64,000 nt of DNA from Haliotis cracherodii (GCF_022045235.1 NW_027266286.1:22258001-22322000); one strand, 5' to 3'. Counted from the stretch's first letter, positions 39,401 to 54,400 are shown. The notes: a model not told the origin generated them from the letters alone. A program made the numbers and translations.

Positions 39401-42400
39401 TGAACTAAGGGGTGTCGATGGTGAACTAGGGTATGCTGAACTAGGGGATGTCGATGCTGAACTAGGGGACGTTGATGCTGAACTAGGGGATGTCGATGCT
39501 GAACTAAGGGATGTCGATGCTGAACTAAGGGATGTCGATGCTGAACTAGGGGACGTCGATGCTGAACTAGGGGATGTTGATGCTGAACTAGAGGATGTCG
39601 ATGCTGAACTAAGGGATGTCGATGCTGAACTAGAGGATGTCGATGCTGAACTGGGGATGTCGATGCTGAACTGGGGATGTCGATGCTGAACTAGGGGACG
39701 TCGATGCTGAACTAGAGGATGTCGATGCTGAACTAAGGGATGTCGATGCTGAACTAGGGAATGTCAATGCTGAACTAGGGGATGTCGATGCTGAACTAGG
39801 GCATGTCGATGCTGAACTTGGGAACGTCGATGCTGAACCAGGGATTGTTGATGCTGAACTAGGGGATGTCGATGCTGAACTAGGGGATGTCGATGCTGAA
39901 CTAGGGGATGTCGATGCTGAACTAGGGGACGTCGATGCTGAACTAGGGAATGTCGATGCTGAACTAGGGGACGTCGATGCTGAACTAAGGGGTGTCGATG
40001 CTGAACTAGGGCATGTCTATGATGAACTAGGGGATGTCGATGCTGAACTAAGGGGTGTCGATGGTGAACTAGGGTATGCTGAACTAGGGGATGTCGATGC
40101 GGAATTAGGGGATGTCGATGCTGAACTAGGGGACGTTGATGCTGAACTAGGGGATGTCAATGCTGAACTAAGGGATGTTGATGCTGAACTAAGTGATGTC
40201 AATGCTGAACTAGGGGATGTCGATGCTGAACAGGGGATGTCGATGATGAACTAGGGGACGTCGATGCTGAACTAGAGGATGTCGATGCTGAACTAAGGGA
40301 TGTCGATGCTGAACTAGGGAATGTCAATGCTGAACTAGGGGATGTCGATGCTGAACTAGGGCAGGTCGATGCTGAACTAGGGCATGTCGATGCTGAACTT
40401 GGGAACGTCGATGCTGAACTAGGGATTGTTGATGCTGAACTAGGGGATGTCGATGCTGAACTAGGGGATGTCGATGCTGAACTAGGGGACGTTGATGCTG
40501 AACTAGGGGACGTCGATGCTGAACTAGGGGATGTCGATGCTGAACTAGGGGATGTCGATGCTGAACTAGGGGGCGTAGATGCTGAACTAGGGGGTGTAGA
40601 TGCTGAACTAGGGGACGTCAATGCTGAACTAGGGGATGTCGATGCTGAGCTGGGTTAAATGAAGGTTGAATCATGTTCTGAAAGGTTATCGTACCTTGGC
40701 AGCCAGGACAAAGTTTTCCTGCTTCAGTTTGAACATCTCCTGCTCATGTTCCACCTTGACCTGGTCCATCTCCTCCTTATGCTGCTGCTGGAGGGTCCGC
40801 ATCTCACCTGGATAACACACATGGAATTATCACCTGGATAACAAGGAGGGAATTATCACCTGGATAACACACAGGGAATTATCACCTGGATAACACACAG
40901 GGAATTATCACCTGGATAACATGGAGGGAAATATCACCTGGATAACAAGGAGGGAAATATCACCTGGATAACATGGAGGGAAATATCACCTGGATAACAT
41001 GGAGGGAAATATCACCTGGATAACATGGAGGGGTATATCACCTGGATAACATGGAGGGAAATATCACCTGGATAACATGGAGGGAAATATCACCTGGATA
41101 ACATGGAGGGAAATATCACCTGGATAACATGGAGGGAAATATCACCTGGATAACATAGAGGGGTATATTACCTGGATAACATGGAGGGAAATATCACCTG
41201 GATAACATGGAGGGAATTATCACAGATAACATAGAGGGAAATATCACCTGGATAACATGGAGGGAAATATCACCTGGATAACATGGAGGGAAATATCACC
41301 TGGATAACATGGAGGGAAATATCACCTGACCTGGATAACATGGAGGGAATATCACCTGGATAACACAAAGGGAATTATCGCCTGAATAACACCGGGAAAT
41401 GCGCCTAAATATAAAGGAGGGATATTTCACATGGATAACATGGCTACATAGAGATCAACAGGGGATACATACTTCACCAAGGTACTTTGGACAAATATCT
41501 AACCTGGATAACACAGGTAGTTATATGTGTTCACATGGCCACACAGGGAAGTTGGACTTACCCTGCAGACTAGCCAGTCTCTTCCTCTCTTCACCCAGCT
41601 CCTGCTGCAGCTCTCGCTCCACACTCGATGTCTTCTCCATCCGCTGACTGGCCGAAACTGAAGGCTCCTCTGACGAGTACTTCACCTGACAAGGGAGAAT
41701 GGGGTTGTGTGTATGTTGATGTGTGCACATGTGCTTAAAGACTGTAGCAAGGGAGTGGCTGACACGACTGTCCAGTGCCAATCAGGTCACATTTGATAAT
41801 CATAACCAATGCACTTTCAGCAACTACTGTGCCAGCAATACACAATATACAAAATTCCAATACAACATACACATAGCTTCCTTATACAACATAGATGGAG
41901 GCGTAGCTTCCTGTTACGAAATGCATGGACCCCTAGCTACCCAATACAACACGAGTGGACCCCTAACTTCCCATTACAACACGAGTGGACCCCTAGCTTC
42001 CCATTACAACACGAGTGGACCCCTAACTTCCCATTACAACACGAGTGGAGCCTTAGCTTCCCATTACAACACGAGTGGAGCCCTAGCTTCCCATTACAAC
42101 TCCAGTGGAGCCCTAGCTTCCCATTACACGAGTGGAGCCCTAGCTTCCCATTACAACACGAGTGGAGCCCTAGCTTCCCATTACAACTCCAGTGGAGCCC
42201 TAGCTTCCCATTACACGAGTGGAGCCCTAGCTTCCCATTACAACTCCAGTGGAGCCCTAGCTTCCCATTACAACACGAGTGGAGCCCTAGCTTCCCATTA
42301 AAACATGAGTGGAGCCCTAGCTTCCAATTACAACATGAGTAGACCCCTAGCTTCCCATTACAACATGAGTGGAGCCCTAGCTTCCCATTACAACACGAAT

Positions 42401-45400
42401 GAAGCCCTAGCTTCCAATTACAACACGAGTGGAGCCCTAGCTTCCCATTACAACACGAGTGGAGCCCTAGCTTCCCATTACAACACGAGTGGAGCCCTAG
42501 CTTCCCATTACAACACGAGTGGAGCCCTAGCTACCCATTACAACACGAGTGGAGCCCTAGCTTCCCATTACAACACGAGTGGAGCCCTAGCTTCCCATTA
42601 CAACAAGAGTGGAGCCCTAGCTTCCTTTTACAACACGAGTGGAGCCTTAGCTTCCCATTACACGAGTGGAGCCCTAGCTTTCCATTACAACACGAGTGGA
42701 GCCTTAGCTTCCCATTACAACTCGAGTGGAGCCCTAGCTTCCCATTACAACACGAGTGGACCCCTAGCTTCCCATTACAACACGAATGGAGCCCTCGCTT
42801 CCGAATTTCAATCTTGACTCAAACCTACTTCTGGGACTCCCTTCCCTGTAAAATGGTCTCGGATGTAACTTGCAAACGACTCCACAGACTGCAACAGACG
42901 TGTCTCAGGCACTTTCCCTTGAAGATTGTGGTGGGCGGTCCTTGGAGACTGGGTACCTGGAAGTGCAGAAAAACACAGTCCAAACTCAGCACAGCTTGTT
43001 TCCTTTGCAATGAGCTAAGTCACAGAGCCTGCCTACGTATCGGAGTAGAATATCTGATGGTAATGTTTCTGTCCATGTAGTAGGAACAAACACCATATCC
43101 AGGGAAGAGAATGGATATTATCCTTTTCAGCTGAAACTTCTTTGGAGTGGAGTGTGGTCCATAATTTGGGGATATTTTTGGGGAAGCCATCAGATTTTGT
43201 CAAATTTGTGGTTACTAAATTCGCGGAAATTTCACGGATCCGCTGAAGGCTTTCACCCATGCAGGATTGGACCCTCCCTTACTTGGTGTAAACTTGGTCT
43301 TGTGGTTGAATAACCTTGCATGTAAGGAAGTTAGTACGAAGACTCAGAAGACTTCTCAATTTTCTTTAAGAAAGTCAAACCTATTGGGTTTGAAGACCTT
43401 GCATGGTAGGATGCGCCACCGTTATGCTCGCACTGACACACTACTAGTACCTGTAACTTTGTGTCTGCTCACGTCTGCCGGGGACCAGGTCCGGTTGCCA
43501 GGTCGTGTTGATTTGCCAGGTGACCTTGATGGTGAACGTGAAGGTGAACGACTAACGGAGCGCTTCCCATACCCCGAACTCTGGATGTGGGAAAATCTGG
43601 ATCGGGACTTCTTACCTGAAACAAACACGAAAGTTGTAAGTCATGAGTTTGTTTGTTTTGTTTGTTTGTTTGTTGTTTAACGCCACACTCAGCAATATTC
43701 CAGCTATATGAAGGTGGTCTGTAAAATAATCGAGTCTGGACCAGACAATCCAGTGATCGACATCATGAGCATCGATCCACGCAATTGGGATTGATGACAT
43801 GTATCAACCAAGTCAGCGAGCCTGACCACCTGATCCCGTTAGTCACCTTTTACAACAAGCATAGTCGCCTTTTATGGCAAGCATGGGTTGCTGAAGACCT
43901 ATTCTACCCCGGATCTTCACGGGTCTGTAAATCATGAGACTGTGGGTACACGTTGAATATATTCTCATATTTAGGGCAGCACCAACATATATATTTATTA
44001 ATACACGTCTTTCAGTCCCTCACCAACTTTTTTGTTCATCTGCTTTGTTTTCAGTTACACTAAATTTTGTGTGAAAACAAAATCAAGAACGCAGGTCATG
44101 TCATTAAGATCCTAACAGAGATCAGTGAGAACCTGATTGATCTCACTGACCTAACATATTGACAAAAGACCACCTTCCTGATTCCACGATTCATCAGATG
44201 ACGAAAGGTTATAAAATACAGTAACCATGGTAACCTGACTCACCTTTAACCTCATCTGTCCTGGCATTGGTGAAGGTACCACTGGCGCCATCTGTCTTTT
44301 CCTTCACAGACTGCCAACAGACATGGTGTGTATGTTATACTGACATGTAGACAAGGTAGTGTAGCTGATGTATGTGTGAACGTGAGAGTAGTCATCATAT
44401 GTTATCCAGCCTTAGAAGTTAGTCTTTTTTATGACTAGTCTAGGGGAGGTGAGGTGAAATGGAGTTTAACGTCGCGTCCAAGATTATTGCACTTATATAG
44501 CGACGTGCATGTACGTGTGTGTGTGTGTGTGGCTGCTTGTACTAGTCCGATTTATAGTGCTAGCTCACTGAGATACCATGCCGCAGTTTAACATGAATAC
44601 CCCACTCAGACACAGTATACTGACTCCGAGCCGACCAGTCCTTGTTTTAGCCCCTTAATGCCGAGCGCCAGACAGGGTAACAACAAGTACCATCCCATAA
44701 CGTCTTTTGGTATGACGCGGCCATGGAACAAACCCCAGACCTTCCGCTCTCCGGGTGGACTCTCTACCACTAGACCACGGTGGCTGTCCTAACTGACAAG
44801 TGGCCGTGTTTAACCCCGTGGTATATCATATTCTCATTCCTAATTTACCACACTCAACAACAGCCTTGAGGTTTGTAGTCAGGGGCAACAGCTACTTGCC
44901 TCAAGGTGTGAGGTGACTTGGATCATAATGACGTGTCAGTTATTGCATAACACATGACAGAGCTCCAGATAAGCTTTTGGTGTTGTGGGTATTTTACCCA
45001 TGCATTTAAAAATCATTGGGTATCAGTAATTCTATCTGGGTATTCAAATTTCTGTTACCCACTAGTTTTTACACATGTGGGTATTTAAGTTAAATATTTA
45101 AAAACACTATTCATCTAGTCCCTGCAAACTGGTGTCGTGTGGGTTCGAGAGCTTTATAGGACTCCAAAATACCACGATACTTTCACAAGAAAGTGTGATG
45201 ACCAATGATCATGATGTTACTGTCATCGTGGAGTTTGGCAAGGTTGACGGAATGCCTGTTTATAATTTCAAAATGATTTGCGGATTTGCTAAACAAATAC
45301 GCAGGGTTACTTCACAAAATTTTGATGATTCGCACAAGTTTTATTTTTGTAGCGTATCTGTAATGTCATTTTGCTGCGTATTTCTGCAGATACGCAGCTT

Positions 45401-48400
45401 ATCTGGAGCTCTGCATGATTAGGTATACAACAATCACCAGTGACACCCATTAGTTGGGTTAGACAGCAACTGTTGACATTAGCAAACAATACACAGCAAA
45501 CCATATGTGTTATCATACATGGGAGAGTTCAAGGTCAGGCCGATGTGGCATAAACGGTGGATCTTCTCCCAGTTCCACAAACTTTAGTGATCTTAGGACT
45601 AAGACGATCTTATAGACTTACAAGAGTCAATGTGCCAAGGTCGTTCAGTGGAACAGAACCCTGGTCGATAACATATTGGATGGCATACACAGGGTTCACT
45701 CCAGGAATTTTCAGACATGGTCCCATTATGTGAAAATTTCAAATATTCCAGAGGTACACCCACACTTGCCCATACAGCACAATGTCAAAATGCCCCATTG
45801 TATTTGGCCTTTTTAAGAATTTACGGGTTAAAAGCACGAGGTCCCCCCTAGAATTATCCCTGCATAACAATGCTGTTTGTTTCTTGTTCAATGCTGCACT
45901 CAGCCATATTATGGCTATATTGTTGCAGTCTGCAAATAATCGAGTCTGGACTAGTGAAAAGGTAACACAGAGGATCGCATATACTACATGTATTTGTTCT
46001 ACAGGTTATATATTGGAATACACCATCTATTCTATCTGGCAAACATGCTATATACTGGATATTATAGTCTACAGCTTACATATCGGGTATAATATATAGC
46101 CTACATGTAACATACTGCATGACATATAAAGACTACTTGAAACATATTGAAAGAATGAGTATCGTAACACATTTGTACACATTCTGATTCTTCAGCTGAA
46201 GCAAAATGAGGTCGCGTTTGCAAATTGATAACATTATATAAAACAAAGATAGACTTCAGTGAAATAAAGTTGACATTTGATATGTTTTTAATCATTTTCA
46301 CTCATAATGACAATGAGCAACATACAGAATAACCTGTCAGAAACTCTGAATCATGAAATTCCTGTCCTCTCAGCTTGTTTGACATTTTCTAATACTGGAT
46401 TACTGGATAGTATACACGATATGACCTACATTGTACTCTAGATGGCATGCACCGTCTCATGTACATGTTCAGTGTTCCCAGTCTGTCTGTAGTTGTTGAT
46501 TATCTAGCAGGTTTGATTAAACCTGTTTGACTGTTTGATTAAAATTACATCCTTGAATCCCAAGTTTTGGATAACATTTGAATGACAGTTCTAGTGTCTA
46601 TAATATGATGTCTACTGGTCTACTGGTATTCTAGAAGACAGGGACACTTATGGTATGGTATATATTCAGTGGCTTACACAGTTGGTGTTCGTGTTATCAC
46701 GGGAATGCAAACATGCAAAATTTGGATTAAAATAAAATAATTAAATGCTATGTTTTACTATCAAACACCCTTCAAATATTATGAAATGGATCTGCAGTGA
46801 AGACATTCAGGAGGTAGGAATGTGTTTATTGAAGCAGCTTGCAAAGCCAAATTCATACTGAAGCTAAATAATTCCTCATTGCATTGATTTCACCTGATAA
46901 TTTCGGTGAGTAATGCGCTTTTATGACGCTTTTAGCAATATTCAAGCAATATTGCAGCAGGGGACACCAGAAATGGGCTTCACACATTGTACCCATGTCG
47001 GGAATCAAACCCAGGTTTTCGGTGTGACAAGTGAACGCTTTAACAACTAGGCTACCCGTCCGCCCTCTGATAGATTCAAATGCAATGCATACATTTTTGT
47101 AATCACATTTCACTCTTTGTGTTTTCATGTATAGAATGGGGTGTTCAAAAGTAAAACAGATTTCATTATTTTATTAAGTACTTGCGTTTCTGTGATGGTA
47201 TATACTGCACAGTTCTCCACAACAACCTCTCCACACATCACAATATTAACATAAAACCAACACCTGCTTAACCCTGCACATTCCATGAAGACATTAATAT
47301 GAAACTAACCACACTTGCCAATCTTGCACAATCTAAGAATTTAAATAATGTTATACAAGACATGCATGCTAATCTTGCACATTCCACAAACGAAAATAAT
47401 GTTAAACAAGACACGCTCACTACTCTTGCACATTCCACAAATGAGTGAGTGAGTGAGTGAGTATGGTTTTACGCTGCTTTTAGAAATATTCCAGCAATAT
47501 CACAGCGGGGGACACCAGAAATGGGCTTCAGACACTGTACCCATGTCGGGAATCGAACCCGGGTCTTTGGCGTGACGAGCGAACGCTTTAACCACTAGGC
47601 TACCTGACCGCCCTTCCACAAATGAAAATAATGTTAAACAACCCACACCTGCTGATCTTGCACATTCCACAAATGAAAATAATGTTAAAAAACACACTCT
47701 CTACTCTTGCACATTCCAAGCATGAAAATAATGTTAAAAAACACGCTCGCTACTCTTGCACATTCCAAGCTTGAAAATAATGTTAAAAACACACTCGCTA
47801 CTCTTGCACATTCCATGAACTTGAATACTGTTAACCAACCCACACCTGTTGGTGTAGCACACACGTGACATGATGGAGACAGTGTTGTGAAACCCGTGCA
47901 TTGCACACAGACATGAAGCTCCTGGCGACACATGCAGTACTTGCATACAGGCGCTGGATGCTGCGGCCTCTCGATCCCTTCAATAGTCACAGGGTTTATA
48001 CAGTAAACAAATACATATATGACAAACAAAATATTGTAAAGACATAATCTTGAACCAACAGAGTTGTATACATGTTTCACCATGATAGATTCTTGTTGTA
48101 CAGAGAGAGTAACTTACGACGGCGATGACGGGCTGGTACACCTCTGTGTCGTCCGTGTGGGAGTGGTCGAAGCCCCCTCGTTGGTCCTCCTCCATGTGCT
48201 GCTGATGTGCTAGACCTGAGAGAACAAGGTTAATGCTGATGTGAGTCAGGTACAAACTACAACAGTAATGTTACTTGTCAGTTTAAACCTAGCTCATATT
48301 ACTCCACACAGCTGGGGGCGCCACGGTAGTCACTCAAGTTGGACATCCCCTCCCCTCCATCCGTATCTTGTGAATCTGCCCTTACCTCTGAACAGAGCTG

Positions 48401-51400
48401 TGACTGTCAAGTTCAACATCCCCTCCCCTCCCCTCCCCTCCATCCCATCTATCAAGTCTCACCTTTCCCATGACTGTTCGGGCTCCCAGAGCTGTGACTG
48501 TGGGCGCTACGGTAGTCACTCATGAGTCGAACATCATCTTCTCTGTCCTCCGCTCCCCTCCCCTCCCCTCCCCTCCCCTCCCCTCCATCCCATCTACAAA
48601 GTCTCACCTTTCCCATGTCTGTTCAGGCTCCCGGACTGTGACTGTGGGCGCTGCGGTAGGCACTCATGAGTCGAACATCCCCTCCCCTCCCCTCCGCTCC
48701 CCTCCCCTCCATCCTATCTACCAAGTCTCACCTTTCCCATGACTGTTCGGGCTCCCAGAGCTGTGACTGTGGGCGCTGCGGTAGTCACTCATGAGTCGAA
48801 CATCCCCTCCCCTCCCCTCCGCTCCCCTCCCCTCCCCTCCATCCCATCTACCAAGTCTCACCTTTCCCATGACTGTTCGGGCTCCCAGAGCTGTGACTGT
48901 GGGCGCTGCGGTAGTCACTCATGAGTCGAACATCCCCTCCCCTCCCCTCCCCTCCCCTCCATCCCATCTACCAAGTCTCACCTTTCCCATGACTGTTCGG
49001 GCTCCCAGAGCTGTGACTGTGGGCGCTGCGGTAGTCACTCATGAGTCGAACATCCCCTCCCCTCCCCTCCGCTCCCCTCCCCTCCCCTCCATCCTATCTA
49101 CCAAGTCTCACCTTTCCCATGACTGTTCGGGCTCCCAGAGCTGTGACTGTGGGCGCTACGGTAGTCACTCATGAGTCGAACATCATCTTCTCTGTCCTCC
49201 TTCTCCTTCACTCGTTTCTCCAGCTCCCCCATCTCCCGGAATATATCATCCACAGTCCGGTCTGCAACCATTGATCAAAAAACTGATTCTTCCAACCATG
49301 CAGGAGTCCTAGGCCTAGCACACATTCAGTAGTGCTGTAGCCATCTAACAACAGGTTAGGGCTGGGATGGGCAACTCGGGTACTCGGGCCAGGTAGGTAC
49401 TTAATAGGACCCATGTACTCACAGGACTACCCGGACCCGTGGTTAGTCACGTGATATATTGTCTAATGACAAAAATTATCTAGAACTCCATGGTTACACT
49501 ACAAGTCACTAATGTTCACATTTCTTTCTGACTATGCACACATTCCTTCTAACTTTTACAAGTTTGAATTAGATGAAGCTTCACTCAACTTCGGTGTATG
49601 CATGACCAGATTGTTTAAATGGGAATCTAAATACTTCTTGCCAGAGCTCGAATAAAACAGTTCCCATTTGGACATTTTGTACCCAACTCTTGAGACCTAC
49701 AGCGGGTACTGTACTAGGGGGTTGGGTAACCGGGTAGTAAATTTGGACGTGTCCCAGCCCTACACCACTCAAAATGTGTTTCATCGATGATGACCACAAA
49801 GGGTAAGAACAAGAAGAGATTTACCCTCTGGCCCATCCCAGAACCTAACCTTCCCGAAAGAGTAACTCTCTGGTACAACTGTGTTTTCATGTCCAGTAGA
49901 GGTTTAATCTGGGCAACTTTTAAGTCTTACAGTTAACCTTAGGATCATCACAAGGACCCCTTGACTTTCATATTTCAAATGGGGGCACGGGTGGCGGCAT
50001 GAATTGCTGTGCAGAGTTGCGTCCCTTGGGCACACCAGAAACCTATGATTGTGGGTTCGAATCCCGGTTCGCTCCCGGTTTATCAGCACCATACTCGTGC
50101 TCATGGGTTTCACTGAAGTGGTAAACGTCTGAGACCTGCATCACTTCGGGGTTTCCTCCCACAATAAGCTGACACGCCGCGATATAACTGGAATACTGTT
50201 AAAAGCGGCATTAAACCCAACTCACTCACTCTTATTTCAAATACTCCCTACATAGCCCTACATTGTAACACGATCCAGTACCTGATCTCTCCTTCTCTCG
50301 CTGCTGCTTTGCTGTGGCCGGGTCTGGCAGGTTCCCAGTGTGGGAGTCATGTCCGAGGACGCCGGTGAGAGGGTCGTCCTGTTTGATGGTGGGAGAGAGT
50401 CCTACCTCTCTCAGCGCCTCCTGTAGAGCCTCCATCTCTCTGCTGGTGTTGGTGCCCATCATCCCTGGGTACACAACAGATGCATCAGGGGTCGATTTAA
50501 CTGCTGACCCGTTGGTCTGTGGCCAGTTAAAATTACAAAGGGCATGATTGTCAAAGTTTCACCCCTTCTCCATGTGTTTTTTTTTTAATTGGACAATGCT
50601 TGTAAATCATGTAATTTTGATGAGAAAATTTTTAGGGGGGGGATGAGGTCGTGTGAAGGGGTAACTCAAAGAGAGATATATGTTGATCATCTTAATAGAA
50701 TGACAACTGGACGCCATTTTGCAATGTTGTGTACAACATCTCTATTTGCTCATAAATCACAATACAATGTGTGAAGCCCATTTCTGGTGTCCCCCGCCGT
50801 GATATTGCTGGAATATTGCTAAAAGCGGCGTAAAACCATAATCACTCACTCATAAATCACTTTGAAATGAGGCAAATGGAATACAAGATTTAATCTCAGG
50901 GTGTGGGAAAAGGCATTTCAGGGGTGAGGAGTTATTACATTTTCAGAGCCCCGCTAGGTGGCTAAAGGACCACGGGTTCAGCCAATTGTCTGCCTCCACC
51001 ATTTAGTTGTAGGCCAGTTAGATTGGAGAAGCGCCAGTAACTTTTAAAAAGACCACGCCCTGTTGGCTACATACAAATTTGTTGTTTAATGTACCCTGTG
51101 ACTCCTCTACTTACACTAAATATTACAGCACACATCACACATCACTGTCACCACTGATCACCACTTAACATCATCTTTTACCACAACTTACTGAAAATAC
51201 TGTATTCGACATAATAAGCGCCCCACTCTAATAAGCGCCCACAGCGATATTTGCTAATATATTGACTAGTGAACAATCCCAATTAGCACCCCTTCGGATT
51301 GATCAATCTACACAAGACTTATTTATTCGCGTATAATACGCACTCGTGTTTTATGCACCCTTAATTATAGGCAATTAAATTCTGGATGAATATATCTGTA

Positions 51401-54400
51401 TTTCGTATATAAACATTTCAGGCTGTCAGCATAAACCATGAAATTTATCTTTCAACTATGTTGTTTTTCACCAAAATAATATTCTAATAAGAGCCCCCAA
51501 TTTCTAATTTTGAGAGCGCCCTGGGCGCTTATTACGTCGAACACGGTAAACATAATAAATAATGACCCTTCTCACTAAAAACTTCACATAACACCATAGA
51601 TCATGTTGATTGTAAATACATTACATCATGTCCAGACAACATCACCACAGATCGTTGAATAAATAAATGAATTGAACTTGTATCAGAAGTTACCTGTGCC
51701 TGTCCGTGTCTTCAGCGTGTCAGGAAATGTTTGCCCCAGGTTGTCATGGTTACCCTCCCTGCTGCCATCGAATGGCGCGCTGGCCTTGGGGGAAGTGGTG
51801 GTGTTGAGGGTGGAGTCGAGGGAGTCGAGCAGCGAGACTGTAGGTGAAGCCGGGTACATAGAGTGATGTACATCATGTATAGCTGGTGGGTTGGTGTTTG
51901 TTTGTTTGTTGTTTTATGCCGCACACAGCAATATTCTAGCTATATGACGGCGGTCTGTAAATAATCGAGTCTGGACCAGAAAATCCAGTGATTGACAACA
52001 TGAGCATCGATCTACGCAACTGGGATCGATGACATGCATCAACCAAGTCAGCGAGCCTGACCACTAGATCCCGTTAGTCGCCTCTTACTGCAAGCATAGT
52101 TGCCTTTTACGGCAAGCATGGGTTGGTAAAGACCTATTCTAACCCGGATCCTCATGGGTCTATAGAGTGATGTACATCATGTATAGCTGGTGGGTTGGTG
52201 ACATCTGTTGCCGTATTATGACTTACAGCATCAGTATTAGTATCAGCAATCAACATTGAGTGAGTGAGTGAGTGAGTGAGTGAGTGAGTGAGTGAGTGAT
52301 GCCAGGACAACTAGCTTTTACAAAAATCACCAATTATTTATAAAGTATTTAACTTTAAAATGTCTTTACATTTACAGATTAAATAATAAAAAACATCAGC
52401 AACATACCTTTGGACAGCATACTCGGCTTTTGTTGTGATGAGTCCTACAATGGGGAAAAAACAAACCTTATTTCCAGAGGCAAGGCAGTGTTAGAAACTG
52501 GCACTAGTTCTGTAGTCCTTGCCAAACTGCCCAATAGTTAATGCATCATGAGGACTGCCCATGCATGTAAACAATGACATAACAATGATAAAACAAAGAA
52601 TATAAGTAAAATATTTGTTATTGAAGTATATACAGGATTGGGCAATTTGGGGGACTGGTTGCTAATGACACTGGGGGGGGGGGGGGGGCGGTCTGGTAGC
52701 CTGGTGGTTAAAGCGTTCGCTCGTCACGCCAAAGACCCGGGTTCGATTCCCAACATGGGTACAATGTGTGAAGCCCATTTCTGGTGTGCCCCGCCGTGAT
52801 ATTGCTTTAATATTGCTAAAAGTGGCGTACAACCATACCCACTCACTCACTAATGACCCTGGGACTTAGTGGTAATGCGTCGGATGTGTCCTAGGGTTAC
52901 CCTTAGCACGCAGGGTACTTGCGGACATTTGTTGTTTTGTTTTTTATAAAAATACACATAGTTCATTGAGCTGGTCGCAATGTGGAGTATGCTACATCAA
53001 TATATCGGAGAAAACATTCCGATTTCCACTGTCTGAGTGTGGTGTGGTTCTTAAATAAACTAAAAATTAAATTATGTACAATAGCTAAGGTATCATTAGG
53101 ACTAGCAAAATTTGCCATTTTTAAGGGCTTAGCTATATGTTGACATTATAAGGACTAGTGGACTAAAACTGTTAGTTTCTATTGCTGCATGACAATGTAT
53201 TACAAATTGTCTTAACACATGAAAACTAATGTCAACAATCATGAAAATGTTCCTCAATAATCATAATAGACCCTTAGTTCAAAGCCTGAGTCTTGTAAAT
53301 ACATATTTGGTCTCGTAAGCTCAGCTCCTTATCACGCTCATAGTCCATACACTACATTAAACTCTAGTTAGGCTTGGAGACTCAAACATTCTTGTCACTG
53401 CCTGAATGATGCCAGTGTATCTCAACGAGAATGACAAGTTACCTTGACAAGCATGAAACTTATCTCAAAAAGCTATCAATTTATCTTAACAAGCATGACA
53501 AAGTCTCTCAAGCATGACAATGTCTCCCAAGCATGACAAAGTCTCTCAAGCATGACAATGTCTCTCAAGCAAGACAAAGTCTCTCAAGCATGACAATGTC
53601 TCTCAAGCATGACAAAGTCTCTCAAGCATGACAAAGTCTCTCAAGCATGACAATGTCTCTCAAACATGATAATGTCTCTCAAGCATGACAATGTCTCTCA
53701 GGCATGACAATGTCTCTCAAGCATGACAATGTCTCTCAGGCATGACAATGTCTCTCAAGCATGACAATGTCTCCCAAGCATGACAATGTCTCTCAAGCAT
53801 GACAATGTCTCTCAAGCATGACAATGTCTCTCAAGCATGACAATGTCTCTCAAGCATGACCCTGAAAGAGACTTACCCTCTCTGTTGGACCTCCATGACT
53901 ACCGGAAACCCTGGAGTGATCCAGCATCGGTGCACTTTGGGAGTGGTCCACCGCCACACCAGCTAACTTGGGGGACAGCGTTGTGGCAGTCTGACTCAGC
54001 TCCCGGTTCAGTTGTCCGTAGTCTATTGTGCCCTCAGCTTCCACCTCCTGCAGCAAGCAATGTCTGCTGTAACTTGGGAACTTCTCACATCTCATAGTAA
54101 AGAAAGTTAACTTGTGATACTCGCCTAATACTTTAATAGAACATATTTATCAAATGTCTCACAGTTAGCGAAAACTCACACTACGGAGCCTCTGGTTGTC
54201 CATAAAACTCAACAATGGAGATAACTCACAGTATAAAACCTCTATTTTATTTACTAACTCACATCATAAAACCACTATTTTATTTACTAACTCACTGTAT
54301 AAAACCTCTATTTTATTTACTCACATCATAAAACCTCTATTTTATTTACTAACTAACATCATAGAACCACTATTTTTTTTTACTAACTCACAGTATAAAA

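Noticed and set aside
34463-42817. CRISPR-like appearance of regular repeats and their periodic ORFs
   Set aside because: No unique spacers, no cas genes, eukaryotic intron context; these are simple minisatellites.
43832-43925. Assigning the SINE B head to a known hammerhead, HDV or twister ribozyme
   Set aside because: No CUGANGA/GAAA core, and the helix order did not fit HDV or twister by manual inspection; left as an unclassified candidate.
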